NCBI GenBank assembly: GCA_045594085.1
Contig: JAZNXW010000023.1
Span: 363-64,362, forward strand
Direction of reading: 5' to 3'
Length of the DNA stretch: 64,000 nt
DNA from: Eubacteriales bacterium
GTDB taxonomy: Bacteria; Bacillota; Clostridia; Oscillospirales; CAG-272
The notes below the pieces were generated by a model that was not told the origin of the DNA, did not search any database, and saw only the letters and a program-made list of their open reading frames with translations. Within the stretch, counting starts at the first letter, position 1. Each line of letters begins with the position of its first letter. Shown here piece after piece: positions 18,273 to 28,003 of this stretch. The position numbers and the translations under genes were made by a program.

Positions 18273-19754
18273 TTATTCTGTCTCGATCTTGAAGACAACG
18301 GGCATATCGGAGGAGACGTTCTTCGTTTTGATGTGAAGTGCGTCGCTGTCACGCGTCCATTCGGGCGTTTCGTCGAAGCCGAGCACGGATATGGATTTGA
18401 TGATGCCGTGGAAGTGGGGCTTGGAGGATGCATCTCTGTCTGCGAGCGACTTCAACGCGATCTCGCCCGATTCGGGATAGTTGAGAGCAAATGCGTAGAT
18501 GGAGGAGCCGCGGCAGGTGTAGCGGATGTCCTCGTGAGTGAAGTTTTTCTTCTTGCCGTCGGTGAACTGACCTTCGGGGATCTCTGTCGGGCCTTCTGCG
18601 GACAGACGCCACGGACGGGATCCGTATACGGCGTCGCCGTTTGACTTGAGCCATTTACCGATAGAGAGCAGGATGTTTGTATCCTCGTCGGTGATGGTGC
18701 CGTCGGCGCGCGGACCGATGTTGAGAAGGAGGGAACCGTTTTTGCTTATGATGTCAACGAAATCGCGTACGATGTCAACGGGATCCTTGAAGCGGTTGCC
18801 GTTGGTGTAGCACCAGGAGTTGTGCGCGCAGGCTGTATCTGTCTGCCACGGATAAGGCTTGCAATCTGCAAACTGTCCGCGTTCAATATCGACGGTTGCG
18901 CATCCGAACGCGCACGCGTCGTGCTTATAGCACAGAACGGGCTCATAGCCCATCTCCTCGGCGCGGTTATAGTAGTATGCGGCGAATTTGCGCAGGTAAG
19001 GCTTGACTGCGGAGTGCTGTATCCACCAGTCGAAGTAGAAGAGCTTGGGTGCATATCTGTCTACGATCTCGCAGCAGCGGAGCAGCCAGTCCTCAAGGTA
19101 CTCGTCAGTGGGGGTGGGGGTGGAGAAAAGGTCCTGATGGTTGGGCTCGGGCATTGCGGGCCAATAGAAATCGCCAAGCTGCATCGGATCCTTAATATCG
19201 GAGTCGAACTCTTTACCGTGACCCATAAAGAACCAGTGCTCAACTCTGTGCGAGGATGCGCACAGATTCATACCCTCTGCTTCAACGGATGCCTTAAGCT
19301 CACCGAGAACGTCGCGGCACGGTCCCTTCTCGGCGGCGTTCCACTCGGAAAGGTCGCTCTTGTACATCTGGAAGCCGTCGTGATGCTCGGCAACGGGAAC
19401 AACGTAACCGGCGCCTGCATCGGCAAACAGCTTTGCCCATTTGTCGGGATCGAATTTTTCCGCCTTGAACATCGGAATGAAATCCTTGTAACCGAAGTCG
19501 CGGTGATCGCCGTAGGTTTTTTTGTGGTGCTCGAATTCGCGTGTTCCCTCTATGTACATACAGCGGGAATACCATTCGGATGCGTATGCGGGAACGGAAT
19601 ATACGCCCCAATGGATGAAGATTCCGAATTTAGCATCACGGAACCATCTCGGGGTTTCATACTGCGCGAGAGAGTCCCAAGTATCCTTGAATCGTCCGTT
19701 TGCGATGGTGTCTTCGATTTTTTTTAGGTAAGCTTTGCGGTCGATGGTGTTCAT
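18273..19754 (-). CDS. GH29 alpha-L-fucosidase family, cytoplasmic
   Basis: WFRDAKFGIFIHWG, EHHDGF, YFDW, LLLNIGP; no signal peptide. Confidence 0.92.
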   Translation of the reverse strand: MNTIDRKAYLKKIEDTIANGRFKDTWDSLAQYETPRWFRDAKFGIFIHWGVYSVPAYASEWYSRCMYIEGTREFEHHKKTYGDHRDFGYKDFIPMFKAEKFDPDKWAKLFADAGAGYVVPVAEHHDGFQMYKSDLSEWNAAEKGPCRDVLGELKASVEAEGMNLCASSHRVEHWFFMGHGKEFDSDIKDPMQLGDFYWPAMPEPNHQDLFSTPTPTDEYLEDWLLRCCEIVDRYAPKLFYFDWWIQHSAVKPYLRKFAAYYYNRAEEMGYEPVLCYKHDACAFGCATVDIERGQFADCKPYPWQTDTACAHNSWCYTNGNRFKDPVDIVRDFVDIISKNGSLLLNIGPRADGTITDEDTNILLSIGKWLKSNGDAVYGSRPWRLSAEGPTEIPEGQFTDGKKKNFTHEDIRYTCRGSSIYAFALNYPESGEIALKSLADRDASSKPHFHGIIKSISVLGFDETPEWTRDSDALHIKTKNVSSDMPVVFKIETE

Positions 19755-19797
19755 AATGTTGCCTCCGATCTTGGAATTATTGTGTGCTTACAAGAAT

Positions 19798-19867
19798 ATT
19801 ATAACATCATTTGCTTGGAATTGCGATTTTTTCGATTACACATATTTTTAGAATTTTACACATATTT
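19798..19867 (-). promoter_or_regulatory. Extended -10 promoter with upstream 12-bp direct repeat
   Basis: TG-T-TATAAT on minus strand (19806 to 19798); TTACACATATTT at 19836 and 19856. Confidence 0.55.
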
Positions 19868-19941
19868 ATATCATCCTTCCGGCTGCCTCCGGGTGCGGTT
19901 GCTTTTTGTGTGTGCAATCCGTGCGCCTTATCATAATCCCC

Positions 19942-19970
19942 TTGTAAATTGCAAAAAAATGTGATATAGT
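19942..19970 (+). promoter_or_regulatory. Sigma-A promoter of rimM operon
   Basis: TTGTAA-17-TATAGT with extended TG. Confidence 0.6.
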
Positions 19971-20031
19971 ATATAAAGATAAGTCTGCTTGCGGAAAATG
20001 ACGCTTTTCCGCCGAAAGGATAACACATTAC

Positions 20032-20541
20032 ATGAAAAGATCGGATTTTCTTCAGTGCGGAGAGATCATAAATACACACGGCGTACGAGGAGTCGTAAAG
20101 GCACGCTCCGATTGTGACGCGCCCGAAATACTTGCCTCGCTCGAATGCGTTTACACAGATGCGGACGGCAAAAACAGACTCGACATCATCACCGCGTCGA
20201 TACAGAAGGGGTTTGTTCTTCTGACGCTGGACGGAGTGAATGATATTGACGCCGCTATCGCGCTCAAGGGAACCGTCATATATGCCGCGCGCGAGGAGCT
20301 TCTTGAATTTATGGAGGAAGGGGACAGATTTATTGCCGATCTTATCGGTCTTCCCATCATCCACGCGGATACAAAGGAAACGCTCGGTACGCTTCGCGAC
20401 GTTATCAACCGCGGTGCATCCGATATATACGTCATCGACACCGATGGCGGCGAGCGAATGATGCCTGCCGTTGCCGAGTTCGTCACAGAAATGACGGACG
20501 ACGCGATCTTTGTCCGTCCGATCCCGGGAATGCTTGACTGA
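20032..20541 (+). CDS. rimM: Ribosome maturation factor RimM
   Basis: GEIINTHGVRG, DLIGL, ASDIYV; precedes trmD. Confidence 0.93.
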   Translation: MKRSDFLQCGEIINTHGVRGVVKARSDCDAPEILASLECVYTDADGKNRLDIITASIQKGFVLLTLDGVNDIDAAIALKGTVIYAAREELLEFMEEGDRFIADLIGLPIIHADTKETLGTLRDVINRGASDIYVIDTDGGERMMPAVAEFVTEMTDDAIFVRPIPGMLD

Positions 20542-20543
20542 AA

Positions 20544-21230
20544 ATGAGATTTGAGATAATGACGCTGTTCCCCGACATGGTGCGCTCCGTGCTCGATTCG
20601 AGCATCACGGGACGTGCGCAGTCGGCGGGACACATAACCGTAAATACACATAATATCAGGGATTATACCCTCGATAAGCACCGCAGAGTCGATGACACGC
20701 CGTATGGCGGCGGCAAGGGAATGCTTATGATGCCGCAACCCGTCGTTGACTGTCACGAAGCAATAATGAGTACGCTTCCCGAGGGGGCGAGTGTGAAAAC
20801 GCTCTATATGTCACCAAAGGGGAAGGTTTTTACGCAGAAAAAGGCGGAAGAGCTGCTCGAAAACGATGCAGTTGTGATCCTGTGCGGCCATTATGAGGGG
20901 ATAGATCAGCGCGCGCTTGATTTGATCGTTGACGAGTACGTTTCCGTCGGAGATTACGTGCTGACGGGCGGTGAGATCCCCGCGTGCATCGTTGTCGATG
21001 CCGTGTCAAGGCTTGTTGACGGCGTACTTGCCGCACCCGAGTGCTACGAATCGGAAAGTCTGCAGGACGGACTTCTCGAGTATCCTCAGTATACTCGTCC
21101 GCCCGTATATCGCGGACTTGCCGTGCCCGACGTGCTTCTCTCGGGGCATCACGAAAATATAGATAAATGGAGAAGGGACGAGGCGTTGAAGGTAACGCAG
21201 GAGAAACGCCCCGACCTTTTGGAAAAATAA
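20544..21230 (+). CDS. trmD: tRNA (guanine-N1)-methyltransferase
   Basis: VDDTPYGGG, CGHYEGIDQR, GDYVLTGGE, YPQYTRP. Confidence 0.97.
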   Translation: MRFEIMTLFPDMVRSVLDSSITGRAQSAGHITVNTHNIRDYTLDKHRRVDDTPYGGGKGMLMMPQPVVDCHEAIMSTLPEGASVKTLYMSPKGKVFTQKKAEELLENDAVVILCGHYEGIDQRALDLIVDEYVSVGDYVLTGGEIPACIVVDAVSRLVDGVLAAPECYESESLQDGLLEYPQYTRPPVYRGLAVPDVLLSGHHENIDKWRRDEALKVTQEKRPDLLEK

Positions 21231-21249
21231 TCGAAACGGAGGTGAGAAT

Positions 21250-23106
21250 GTGAGCGAAAAGAAAATATCAAAACTGAATAAAAGGTCGATGGGTGTTTTC
21301 GAGTATGTTTTTACCTCATACGAAAAGCTGGCGGAGAGGTGGAAAAAGAGCGCGGTGTCGCGCTTCTCTTACCGCGCATCCGCGTCAAGAGCCGTTGCAT
21401 CCGTGAGAAAGCGCATCGCGCGCTCCTCCGAAAAGAGTATGCTTCTTGGCGTCGTGAGACGCTTTGTGTCCGCGCTTCCGTCCGTTACGCTTCGCGCATA
21501 CGGAACGTTCATCTTCTCTCTCGGATTTTATTCAGCGCTCGTCTGCGTCATAAAGGCGATCGCGTCCACACTTGAAACGGATACGGATTCGCTCGTTTAC
21601 GGCGGCGTGCTTATGCTCGCCGCGATCCCGCTTTTGCTGTCGGGAAAAACGCTTGCGGATGCAGTGATTGAAAGCAGAGTCGGAGCTCTTATTGCGTTTG
21701 ACCTGCTTGGCTACAGACCTGAAGCTGCAGTCGCGTGCAAAACCGTTATCAAACGCTGTGACATTTCGATGATCGCTGGAATGGCGTTCGGACTTTGCTC
21801 GTTTTACGTTGATATTTCGTCTATAGTTGCGGGCATTCTCGGAGTGGTGGCGATTTACTTCATACTGACCGTGCCGGAGGGCGGAGTTGCCGCGTTTATC
21901 GCGCTTGCTCCGATAATGCCGATGCATATGGCTAAAATATACATCGCCCTCCTTTTCCTCGGTTACGTTTATAAGCTTGCAACGGGCAGACGCACGTTCA
22001 AGCTTGATCTTGCCGATTCGGCTATGCTTGTGTTTGCATTTTTGATCGTTCTCGGAGATCTCATCCACTACGGAAACGGAGCAGATATCGGCACGGGATC
22101 GCATTTTGCGCTCATCGCTGTTTATTTCCTCATTGTCAATCTCGTGAGAAATGACAAATGGCGAGAAACGTGCAGATTTGCCGTTGCCTTCGGCGGAGTT
22201 CTTACGGCGGTACTTTTCATCGCGTCTTGTTATCTGCCCGAACGTGTCGCGTCGCTTACGTTTGCGTCAGGCACTCTTGAAGGCATAAAAAACACGTTTC
22301 TGACTCTGATGGAGACCGCGGATGCCGCGGTGCTCTATACATCGGCTGTCCTGCCGATGCTTCTTGTGTCCGTGACGGGACGTTACGGCGGAAAACGCGC
22401 GGGCGGAGCTGCCCTTTGCGCAGCATTGACTCTTACGGCTGTGATCGTGAGCGGATCCCGAAGCCTTTGGCTTGGTGCCGCTGTCGGTTTTTCCGTCCTG
22501 CTTGTGTTTGTGAACAAAAAAATTATAATTATTCCCGCGTCGGTTGCGGCTTTGGTGCCGTTATCTATATTGATCCTTCCCGACAGATTCGACGTATACG
22601 TCAAGCGTCTGTTTGATTTTTCGGGAGAGGGAGCTGTTGCAAACGTAAACGTGCGTGAGGATTCGATCCGTATACTGCTCGATAATGTGATCGGCGGAAT
22701 CGGATCCGCTGACGGAGTCTTTTCCTCATTCTATGCCGCGTACACCAACTCGGGCGTGTACCCTGACAGTGCGAAGAATCTTTTCCTCGGTGTGGGAGTT
22801 GCACTCGGTGTGACAGGACTTGCTGTCTTTGTAATTGCGCTTGCTCTGCTGCTGGTAAAGATGTACACGTACGCAAAAACTAGCTCCGACAGCTCCGCGG
22901 TATCTATCCTTGCAGGCGTCGTTTCGCTTGTTTTTATCGGTGTAACAGTTGATATTTTTGCGGATCCGAAGATGTTTTTGCTGTTCTTTACGTATGCGGC
23001 GTTTGTTTCGTCGTATACGGCTGTCAGACCGACGCCGAAGCAGATGCTTGACAAGATGCCGTCAAACAGCGAAAAGGCCGCTGCTAAGGACATCGAATTC
23101 GAGTGA
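21250..23106 (+). CDS. Polytopic O-antigen ligase-like membrane protein
   Basis: Many TMs; SGSRSLW, GGIG loop, degenerate H-N motif (AKNLFL). Confidence 0.65.
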   Translation: MSEKKISKLNKRSMGVFEYVFTSYEKLAERWKKSAVSRFSYRASASRAVASVRKRIARSSEKSMLLGVVRRFVSALPSVTLRAYGTFIFSLGFYSALVCVIKAIASTLETDTDSLVYGGVLMLAAIPLLLSGKTLADAVIESRVGALIAFDLLGYRPEAAVACKTVIKRCDISMIAGMAFGLCSFYVDISSIVAGILGVVAIYFILTVPEGGVAAFIALAPIMPMHMAKIYIALLFLGYVYKLATGRRTFKLDLADSAMLVFAFLIVLGDLIHYGNGADIGTGSHFALIAVYFLIVNLVRNDKWRETCRFAVAFGGVLTAVLFIASCYLPERVASLTFASGTLEGIKNTFLTLMETADAAVLYTSAVLPMLLVSVTGRYGGKRAGGAALCAALTLTAVIVSGSRSLWLGAAVGFSVLLVFVNKKIIIIPASVAALVPLSILILPDRFDVYVKRLFDFSGEGAVANVNVREDSIRILLDNVIGGIGSADGVFSSFYAAYTNSGVYPDSAKNLFLGVGVALGVTGLAVFVIALALLLVKMYTYAKTSSDSSAVSILAGVVSLVFIGVTVDIFADPKMFLLFFTYAAFVSSYTAVRPTPKQMLDKMPSNSEKAAAKDIEFE

Positions 23107-23145
23107 TATCGAGACCTTTTACGAAGTGCTTGAATGGAGAATGTG

Positions 23146-23610
23146 ATGAATAACGGAAAAAAGAAAAACAATTCCGAATCCCCGCGCATCAAGGTGACAG
23201 CCGTCGATGTGCTTATAATCGCAGCGGCGCTCGTTCTGTGCCTTCTTGCCGTGCGTTACGTTTTTTCGACTGAAGCTGACGACGAGGCATACGAGATCAG
23301 CTACGTAATAAAGCTTTCCGAGATCCGCGATGAATTTGCGGATAAGATCGCCGCGGGCGACATCTTGTATCTTTCCTCGAACGGAGTTGAGATCGGTACC
23401 GTCAAGGCGTGCGAGGTGACTGTCGCTGTCAGAGACAAAACGGGACAGCGTGTGCCCGGCAGATCCGATATTTACGTGACGGTCGAAGCGCTTTCCGCTG
23501 ATCCCGAAACGGTCAGCATCTCGGGCTGTGATATATTCGTAGAGGGCGAATATTCGATACGTACGGCGGACTTTTCGTTTGAGTGTGTCTGCATCAGCGT
23601 AGGCGAATGA
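23146..23610 (+). CDS. DUF4330-like membrane-anchored protein
   Basis: VDVLII N-terminal TM, EIGTV, DIYVTV; GGAG SD. Confidence 0.6.
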   Translation: MNNGKKKNNSESPRIKVTAVDVLIIAAALVLCLLAVRYVFSTEADDEAYEISYVIKLSEIRDEFADKIAAGDILYLSSNGVEIGTVKACEVTVAVRDKTGQRVPGRSDIYVTVEALSADPETVSISGCDIFVEGEYSIRTADFSFECVCISVGE

Positions 23611-23672
23611 CGTCAATCGAGGATTACGATACTATATTTATGCCGCCGATGGCGGCAGACCGGAGGTTTGAT

Positions 23673-24170
23673 ATGCGAAACGGAAAAATATCTGTCGCCG
23701 CACTTGATATATTTTTTGCCGTGCTCATTGTCGTCGCGGTGATCGGTGTTGCGGCGCGATACCTTCTCACGGAGGAAAACGGCATACTTGCAAATACTCC
23801 CGAATATCAGGAGGCGGCTTTGTCCGTGCTCGTCACGGATATTGAGGGCACGTCTGCGGAGCATTTCGTGGAGGGCGGCAAATTCACGCTTACAGATGAA
23901 AAATATCAGGGCGTGATAATTGCGGATTTCATCGTAACTCCCGCAGAGTATTATGAAGAAAACGAAGCGGGTGAGCTTGTGATCGCTTATCACGATGAGG
24001 AAAACGGCAATATCGACTGCCGCGGTGCGGTCAAGGTCAACGGCTATTACCGCGACGGCGTCTATTATATTGACGGCGAAACGATCGTGACGTCGGGGAT
24101 GACTGTCACCCTTACGAACGGAAAGATCAGCGTAAGCGCGCTGATAACTGATATCTCTCCGATCTCCTGA
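23673..24170 (+). CDS. DUF4330-like membrane-anchored protein (paralog)
   Basis: LDIFF N-terminal TM; GGAGG before ATG 23673. Confidence 0.6.
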   Translation: MRNGKISVAALDIFFAVLIVVAVIGVAARYLLTEENGILANTPEYQEAALSVLVTDIEGTSAEHFVEGGKFTLTDEKYQGVIIADFIVTPAEYYEENEAGELVIAYHDEENGNIDCRGAVKVNGYYRDGVYYIDGETIVTSGMTVTLTNGKISVSALITDISPIS

Positions 24171-24381
24171 TTGTCCTTGAATGTCGCAAAAATAGTGAAA
24201 AATTGCATAAAAGTGTGCAGAGCCGACTTGAAAATATATTAATATGTACAATTGATTTTCTCCTTTGTATTTGTTATAATATTAGAAATAATATAAATGT
24301 CGGTTCAGCCGAATTTTTACGATATTTATCGAGGATCTGAGTATATAAATTGCCGCTGCGAGCGGCAGAATGGAGATTAGG

Positions 24382-24645
24382 ATGATTTCTAAGAGCGTCA
24401 CGGTAGCAAACAACGTGGGACTTCACGCAAGACCCGCAACATATTTCATTCAGAAGACCAACAGCTATGCGAGCTCCGTTTGGATCGAGTGCGATTGCGG
24501 CAAGGTCAACGCAAAGAGCCTGCTCGGCGTTCTTTCCCTCGGGATCAATCAGGGTACCGTTGTGAAGATCATCGCAGACGGTGTTGACGAAAATGAAGCA
24601 GTCGAAGGACTTACCGCATTGATCGAAACAGGATTTTCTGAATAA
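24382..24645 (+). CDS. ptsH: HPr phosphocarrier protein
   Basis: GLHARPA (His15), NAKSLLG (Ser46). Confidence 0.92.
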   Translation: MISKSVTVANNVGLHARPATYFIQKTNSYASSVWIECDCGKVNAKSLLGVLSLGINQGTVVKIIADGVDENEAVEGLTALIETGFSE

Positions 24646-24673
24646 GTTTTCGGTACATAAGACAAAATTGGCG

Positions 24674-24706
24674 AAAAACGGCGGATGCGATGCATCTGCC
24701 GTTTTT
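24674..24706 (+). terminator. Intrinsic terminator
   Basis: AAAAACGGCGGATGC-GAT-GCATCTGCCGTTTTT. Confidence 0.85.
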
Positions 24707-24732
24707 GTACTACCCGATTTTCATAATTTCTA

Positions 24733-24762
24733 TTGCAGAAACGCACGTTCGTGATTTATAAT
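24733..24762 (+). promoter_or_regulatory. uvrC promoter with LexA (Cheo)-like box
   Basis: TTGCAG-18-TATAAT; AAAC-GCAC-GTTC at 24739-24750. Confidence 0.6.
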
Positions 24763-24769
24763 ATCAGTG

Positions 24770-26632
24770 ATGGAAAACGTAAAAAACACAAACAACAGAA
24801 AAGAGCGCCGCCGCGCGCTGTTCCGCGAAGCATCCGAGCTTCCGCTCTCTCCGGGCGTATATATTATGCGGGACAAAAACGGAAATATAATATACATCGG
24901 TAAATCGCGTGCGCTCAAGAATCGCGTTTCGCAGTATTTTTCCGACACCGTGCATCAAATTAAAACGGAGCGTATGGTTTCGTCGGTCGCGAGCTTTGAA
25001 ACGATCGTCTGTGAGACGGAAATGGAGGCGCTGACGCTCGAAGCATCGCTGATCAAGCGTCACGAGCCGAAATATAACATCAAGCTCAAGGACGCAAAAT
25101 CCTATCCTTATATAAAGGTCACTGTTGCGGACGATTTTCCGAGGCTGACCGTAACGAGAAAGCGCGGTGCCGAAAAATCGACGGAGGCGCTGTACTTCGG
25201 ACCGTATTCGTCTGCGGCGGCTGTCAGGGAGATCATCACATCGATGGAGAGGATCTTCTCTCTTCCGACCTGTAGACACGAATTTCCGCGCGACATCGGC
25301 AGAGTCGGATCGTGCGTGTACGATCAGATGGGGCGCTGCTGCGGCGTTTGCAGAGGTCGTATTACATCCGAGGAGTATAAGGAAAATCTGCGCGCAGTCA
25401 TAACAGCGCTGAAAGGCGACATCCGTGCCGCTGCGTCCGAACTGCGCGAAAGGATGACGGCATATGCGGAATCGGAGAATTTCGAAGCCGCCGCAAGGTG
25501 CAGAGACAGCATACAGGCGCTCGAGCGCCTGAAGGAGCGTCAGAATGTTGTTGCCTCACCCGAAATCGAACGCGACATCATCGGATATTACGAGGACGAG
25601 GATGGAGTTTCTGCGTCGATGACGCTTCTCGTCATACGGGGCGGCGCCGTCGCTGACAGACAGAATTTCGAGTTTGGAGCCGAACGCATCCCCGATGCGG
25701 ACGGAATGGCGGAGTTGCTCACTCTCCTGTATTCGTCACGTGAATATATACCGCACGAGGTACTCGTTTCGTTTGCGCTTACGGACGATGAAAAATCGCT
25801 TCTGACGGAGTATCTTTCCGAGCGTGCCGGACATCGAGTGACTGTGAGAACACCCGAACGCGGCGAAGGCAAACAGCTCGTGCGTCTCGCCGTTGATAAC
25901 GCGCGCCACGCCGCAGAGCAGTATAAGGCGAGAGCAAGATCGGATCTTGAAACGTCTGTCAAGCTCGCATCGATGCTGGGGCTCGAAACGGTGCCCGAGC
26001 GCATAGAGTGCTACGATATATCAAATCTCGGCGCAGAGCATATCACGGCAGGTATGATCGTGTCGGAGGGCGGTAAGCTCAAAAAATCTGCGTACAGACT
26101 CTTTTCGATCGAGGGACGAAGCGCTCCCGATGACTACGCGGCTATGTCGGAGGCGATACGCCGCAGGCTCTCGCATCCCGAATGGGGCGATATGCCTGAT
26201 TTGATCCTGCTTGACGGCGGACGCGGTCACGTCAGCGTCATCAGAGCGTTGATGGAGGAGCTCAGATGTGACATCCCTGTTTTCGGTATGGTCAAGGACG
26301 AGCATCATAAAAGCCGTGCTATCGCATCGGATGACGGAGAGATCAGCATCGCGAGGGAACAGAGCGTGTTCCAGTTCGTATATAAGCTCAGTGAAGAGGT
26401 GCACAGATTTACGGTCTCAAGCATGCAGAGGGCGAAATCGAAAACGCTGTCCCGTTCGTCTCTGACGAACGTGCACGGGATCGGCCCGGCGAAGGCGAAG
26501 GCGCTTATATCTCGTTTCGGCACGATGAAGAATCTGCGCGCGGCAACGCGTGACGAGATTGCGGAAACATCCGGAATTTCCGAAGCGAATGCGGAGGCGA
26601 TCTACGGATTTTTGCACCCCGATGACAAATAA
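24770..26632 (+). CDS. uvrC: Excinuclease ABC subunit C
   Basis: GIY-YIG (PGVY..YIGK), UVR domain, RIECYDIS, DGG, HhH. Confidence 0.96.
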   Translation: MENVKNTNNRKERRRALFREASELPLSPGVYIMRDKNGNIIYIGKSRALKNRVSQYFSDTVHQIKTERMVSSVASFETIVCETEMEALTLEASLIKRHEPKYNIKLKDAKSYPYIKVTVADDFPRLTVTRKRGAEKSTEALYFGPYSSAAAVREIITSMERIFSLPTCRHEFPRDIGRVGSCVYDQMGRCCGVCRGRITSEEYKENLRAVITALKGDIRAAASELRERMTAYAESENFEAAARCRDSIQALERLKERQNVVASPEIERDIIGYYEDEDGVSASMTLLVIRGGAVADRQNFEFGAERIPDADGMAELLTLLYSSREYIPHEVLVSFALTDDEKSLLTEYLSERAGHRVTVRTPERGEGKQLVRLAVDNARHAAEQYKARARSDLETSVKLASMLGLETVPERIECYDISNLGAEHITAGMIVSEGGKLKKSAYRLFSIEGRSAPDDYAAMSEAIRRRLSHPEWGDMPDLILLDGGRGHVSVIRALMEELRCDIPVFGMVKDEHHKSRAIASDDGEISIAREQSVFQFVYKLSEEVHRFTVSSMQRAKSKTLSRSSLTNVHGIGPAKAKALISRFGTMKNLRAATRDEIAETSGISEANAEAIYGFLHPDDK

Positions 26633-26656
26633 GTTGATTTTATGTGAGGTATTGAA

Positions 26657-27223
26657 ATGAGAATCATAACAGGCAAAGCGAGAGGAAAAAAACTCATCAC
26701 GCTCGAGGGCGAAAACACGCGTCCCACGGGCGAGCGTGTCAAAGAGGCGGTTTTTTCGATGATACAGTTCGACATTGAGGGCAGACGTGTTCTCGATCTG
26801 TTCGGCGGTTCCGGACAGCTTGGACTTGAGGCCCTGTCGAGAGGCGCGGCGTCGGCGGTCATCCTCGATGCATCGCCCGAGGCTGTCGAAATAATCAAAA
26901 CCAACGCCAAAACAACGGGGCTTTTTGACAAATGCAGAATATCCGTAATGGAGTTTGAGGCATTTCTCAAACGTTCCGCGGGAAAGGAAAGCTTTGATAT
27001 AATTTTCCTTGATCCGCCTTACAAAAGCGGCTTTTTGCCCCGCGCGCTTGAGCTCATCTCGAGGGGCGGCATCGCGAACAAAAATGCGATCATAGTTTGC
27101 GAAAGTGCAGACGGAAACGTGTTCGGCGGTGACGCGGTACTTGAAGCAAAATACGAAGTTATGCGAGCGTCTAACTACAGCAAGGCGCACATCACTCTCC
27201 TCACTCCCGCTTCTGCGGAATGA
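26657..27223 (+). CDS. rsmD: 16S rRNA m2G966 methyltransferase
   Basis: MRIITG, TRPT, LDLFGGSG, DPPY. Confidence 0.95.
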   Translation: MRIITGKARGKKLITLEGENTRPTGERVKEAVFSMIQFDIEGRRVLDLFGGSGQLGLEALSRGAASAVILDASPEAVEIIKTNAKTTGLFDKCRISVMEFEAFLKRSAGKESFDIIFLDPPYKSGFLPRALELISRGGIANKNAIIVCESADGNVFGGDAVLEAKYEVMRASNYSKAHITLLTPASAE

Positions 27224-27247
27224 GGAAAATCGAATAAAAAACGTACA

Positions 27248-27287
27248 CCCCGACGGGAAACAGAATTTCCTGCCGGGGCGTTTTTTT
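27248..27287 (+). terminator. Intrinsic terminator
   Basis: CCCCGACGGGAAA/TTTCCTGCCGGGG plus T-run. Confidence 0.7.
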
Positions 27288-27471
27288 GCTGATTAACTGT
27301 CGTAAACGGGATGCGCGCAAAAGATGCGCTTTTGACTCTTCGGCGGCGAAAATGGCGAAATGTCACGCTTCTCGGCGCATCCTCTTGCCGAAAGATACTG
27401 CAATCTGTGAGAAAATGTCGATATATCAAGAAAAAGTCGGAAAATAGTTCCGAAAAAATTTTAATATTGTC

Positions 27472-27533
27472 TTGACTTGTATTGTATTTTAATGTACAAT
27501 TATTTCAAGGTGGTTGAAAGTGGTGCAAAGTGC
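27472..27533 (+). promoter_or_regulatory. dcw promoter with MraZ-binding repeats
   Basis: TTGACT-17-TACAAT; GTGG/GTGG/GTGC at 27510, 27520, 27530 (10-nt period). Confidence 0.8.
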
Positions 27534-27573
27534 CACACAAAACCCACAAATTCGGTGAAAGGAGAGCGCGACC

Positions 27574-28002
27574 GTGTTAAGCTTCTTCGGTGAATATGCA
27601 CAAGTCATAGACGCGAAAAACAGAGTCTTTATCCCGTCCAAGTTCCGCGAAATACTCGGCGAGAGAATATACATAACCCGAAACGTAGACGGTTGCCTTA
27701 CCGTTTATTCCGAAGAGATGTGGGCAGAGCTCACCGAAAAGATCAGAGCGATCCCGTCCAGCAAGGGCGGAAGCAAGATCGCGAGATTCGTGTTTTCCAA
27801 GTCCGCGGATGCCAAGTGCGATTCGCAGGGCAGAGTGCTCATTCCTCAGCCGCTCGTTGAATACGCCGAGCTCAAAAAAGACATTTACGTTATCGGCGTA
27901 GGCGATCACATCGAGATCTGGGATAAGGAAGCACGCGACCGCGATCAGTCTGACGAAAATATCGCCGATATCCTCGACATCATGAGAGAGTACGATATCT
28001 GA
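27574..28002 (+). CDS. mraZ: Transcriptional regulator MraZ
   Basis: DAKNRVFIP and DSQGRVLIP repeats. Confidence 0.95.
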   Translation: MLSFFGEYAQVIDAKNRVFIPSKFREILGERIYITRNVDGCLTVYSEEMWAELTEKIRAIPSSKGGSKIARFVFSKSADAKCDSQGRVLIPQPLVEYAELKKDIYVIGVGDHIEIWDKEARDRDQSDENIADILDIMREYDI

Positions 28003-28003
28003 T

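Noticed and set aside
27290-27470. Possible sRNA in the rsmD-mraZ gap
   Set aside because: Only weak short inverted repeats; no promoter-terminator pair or known motif
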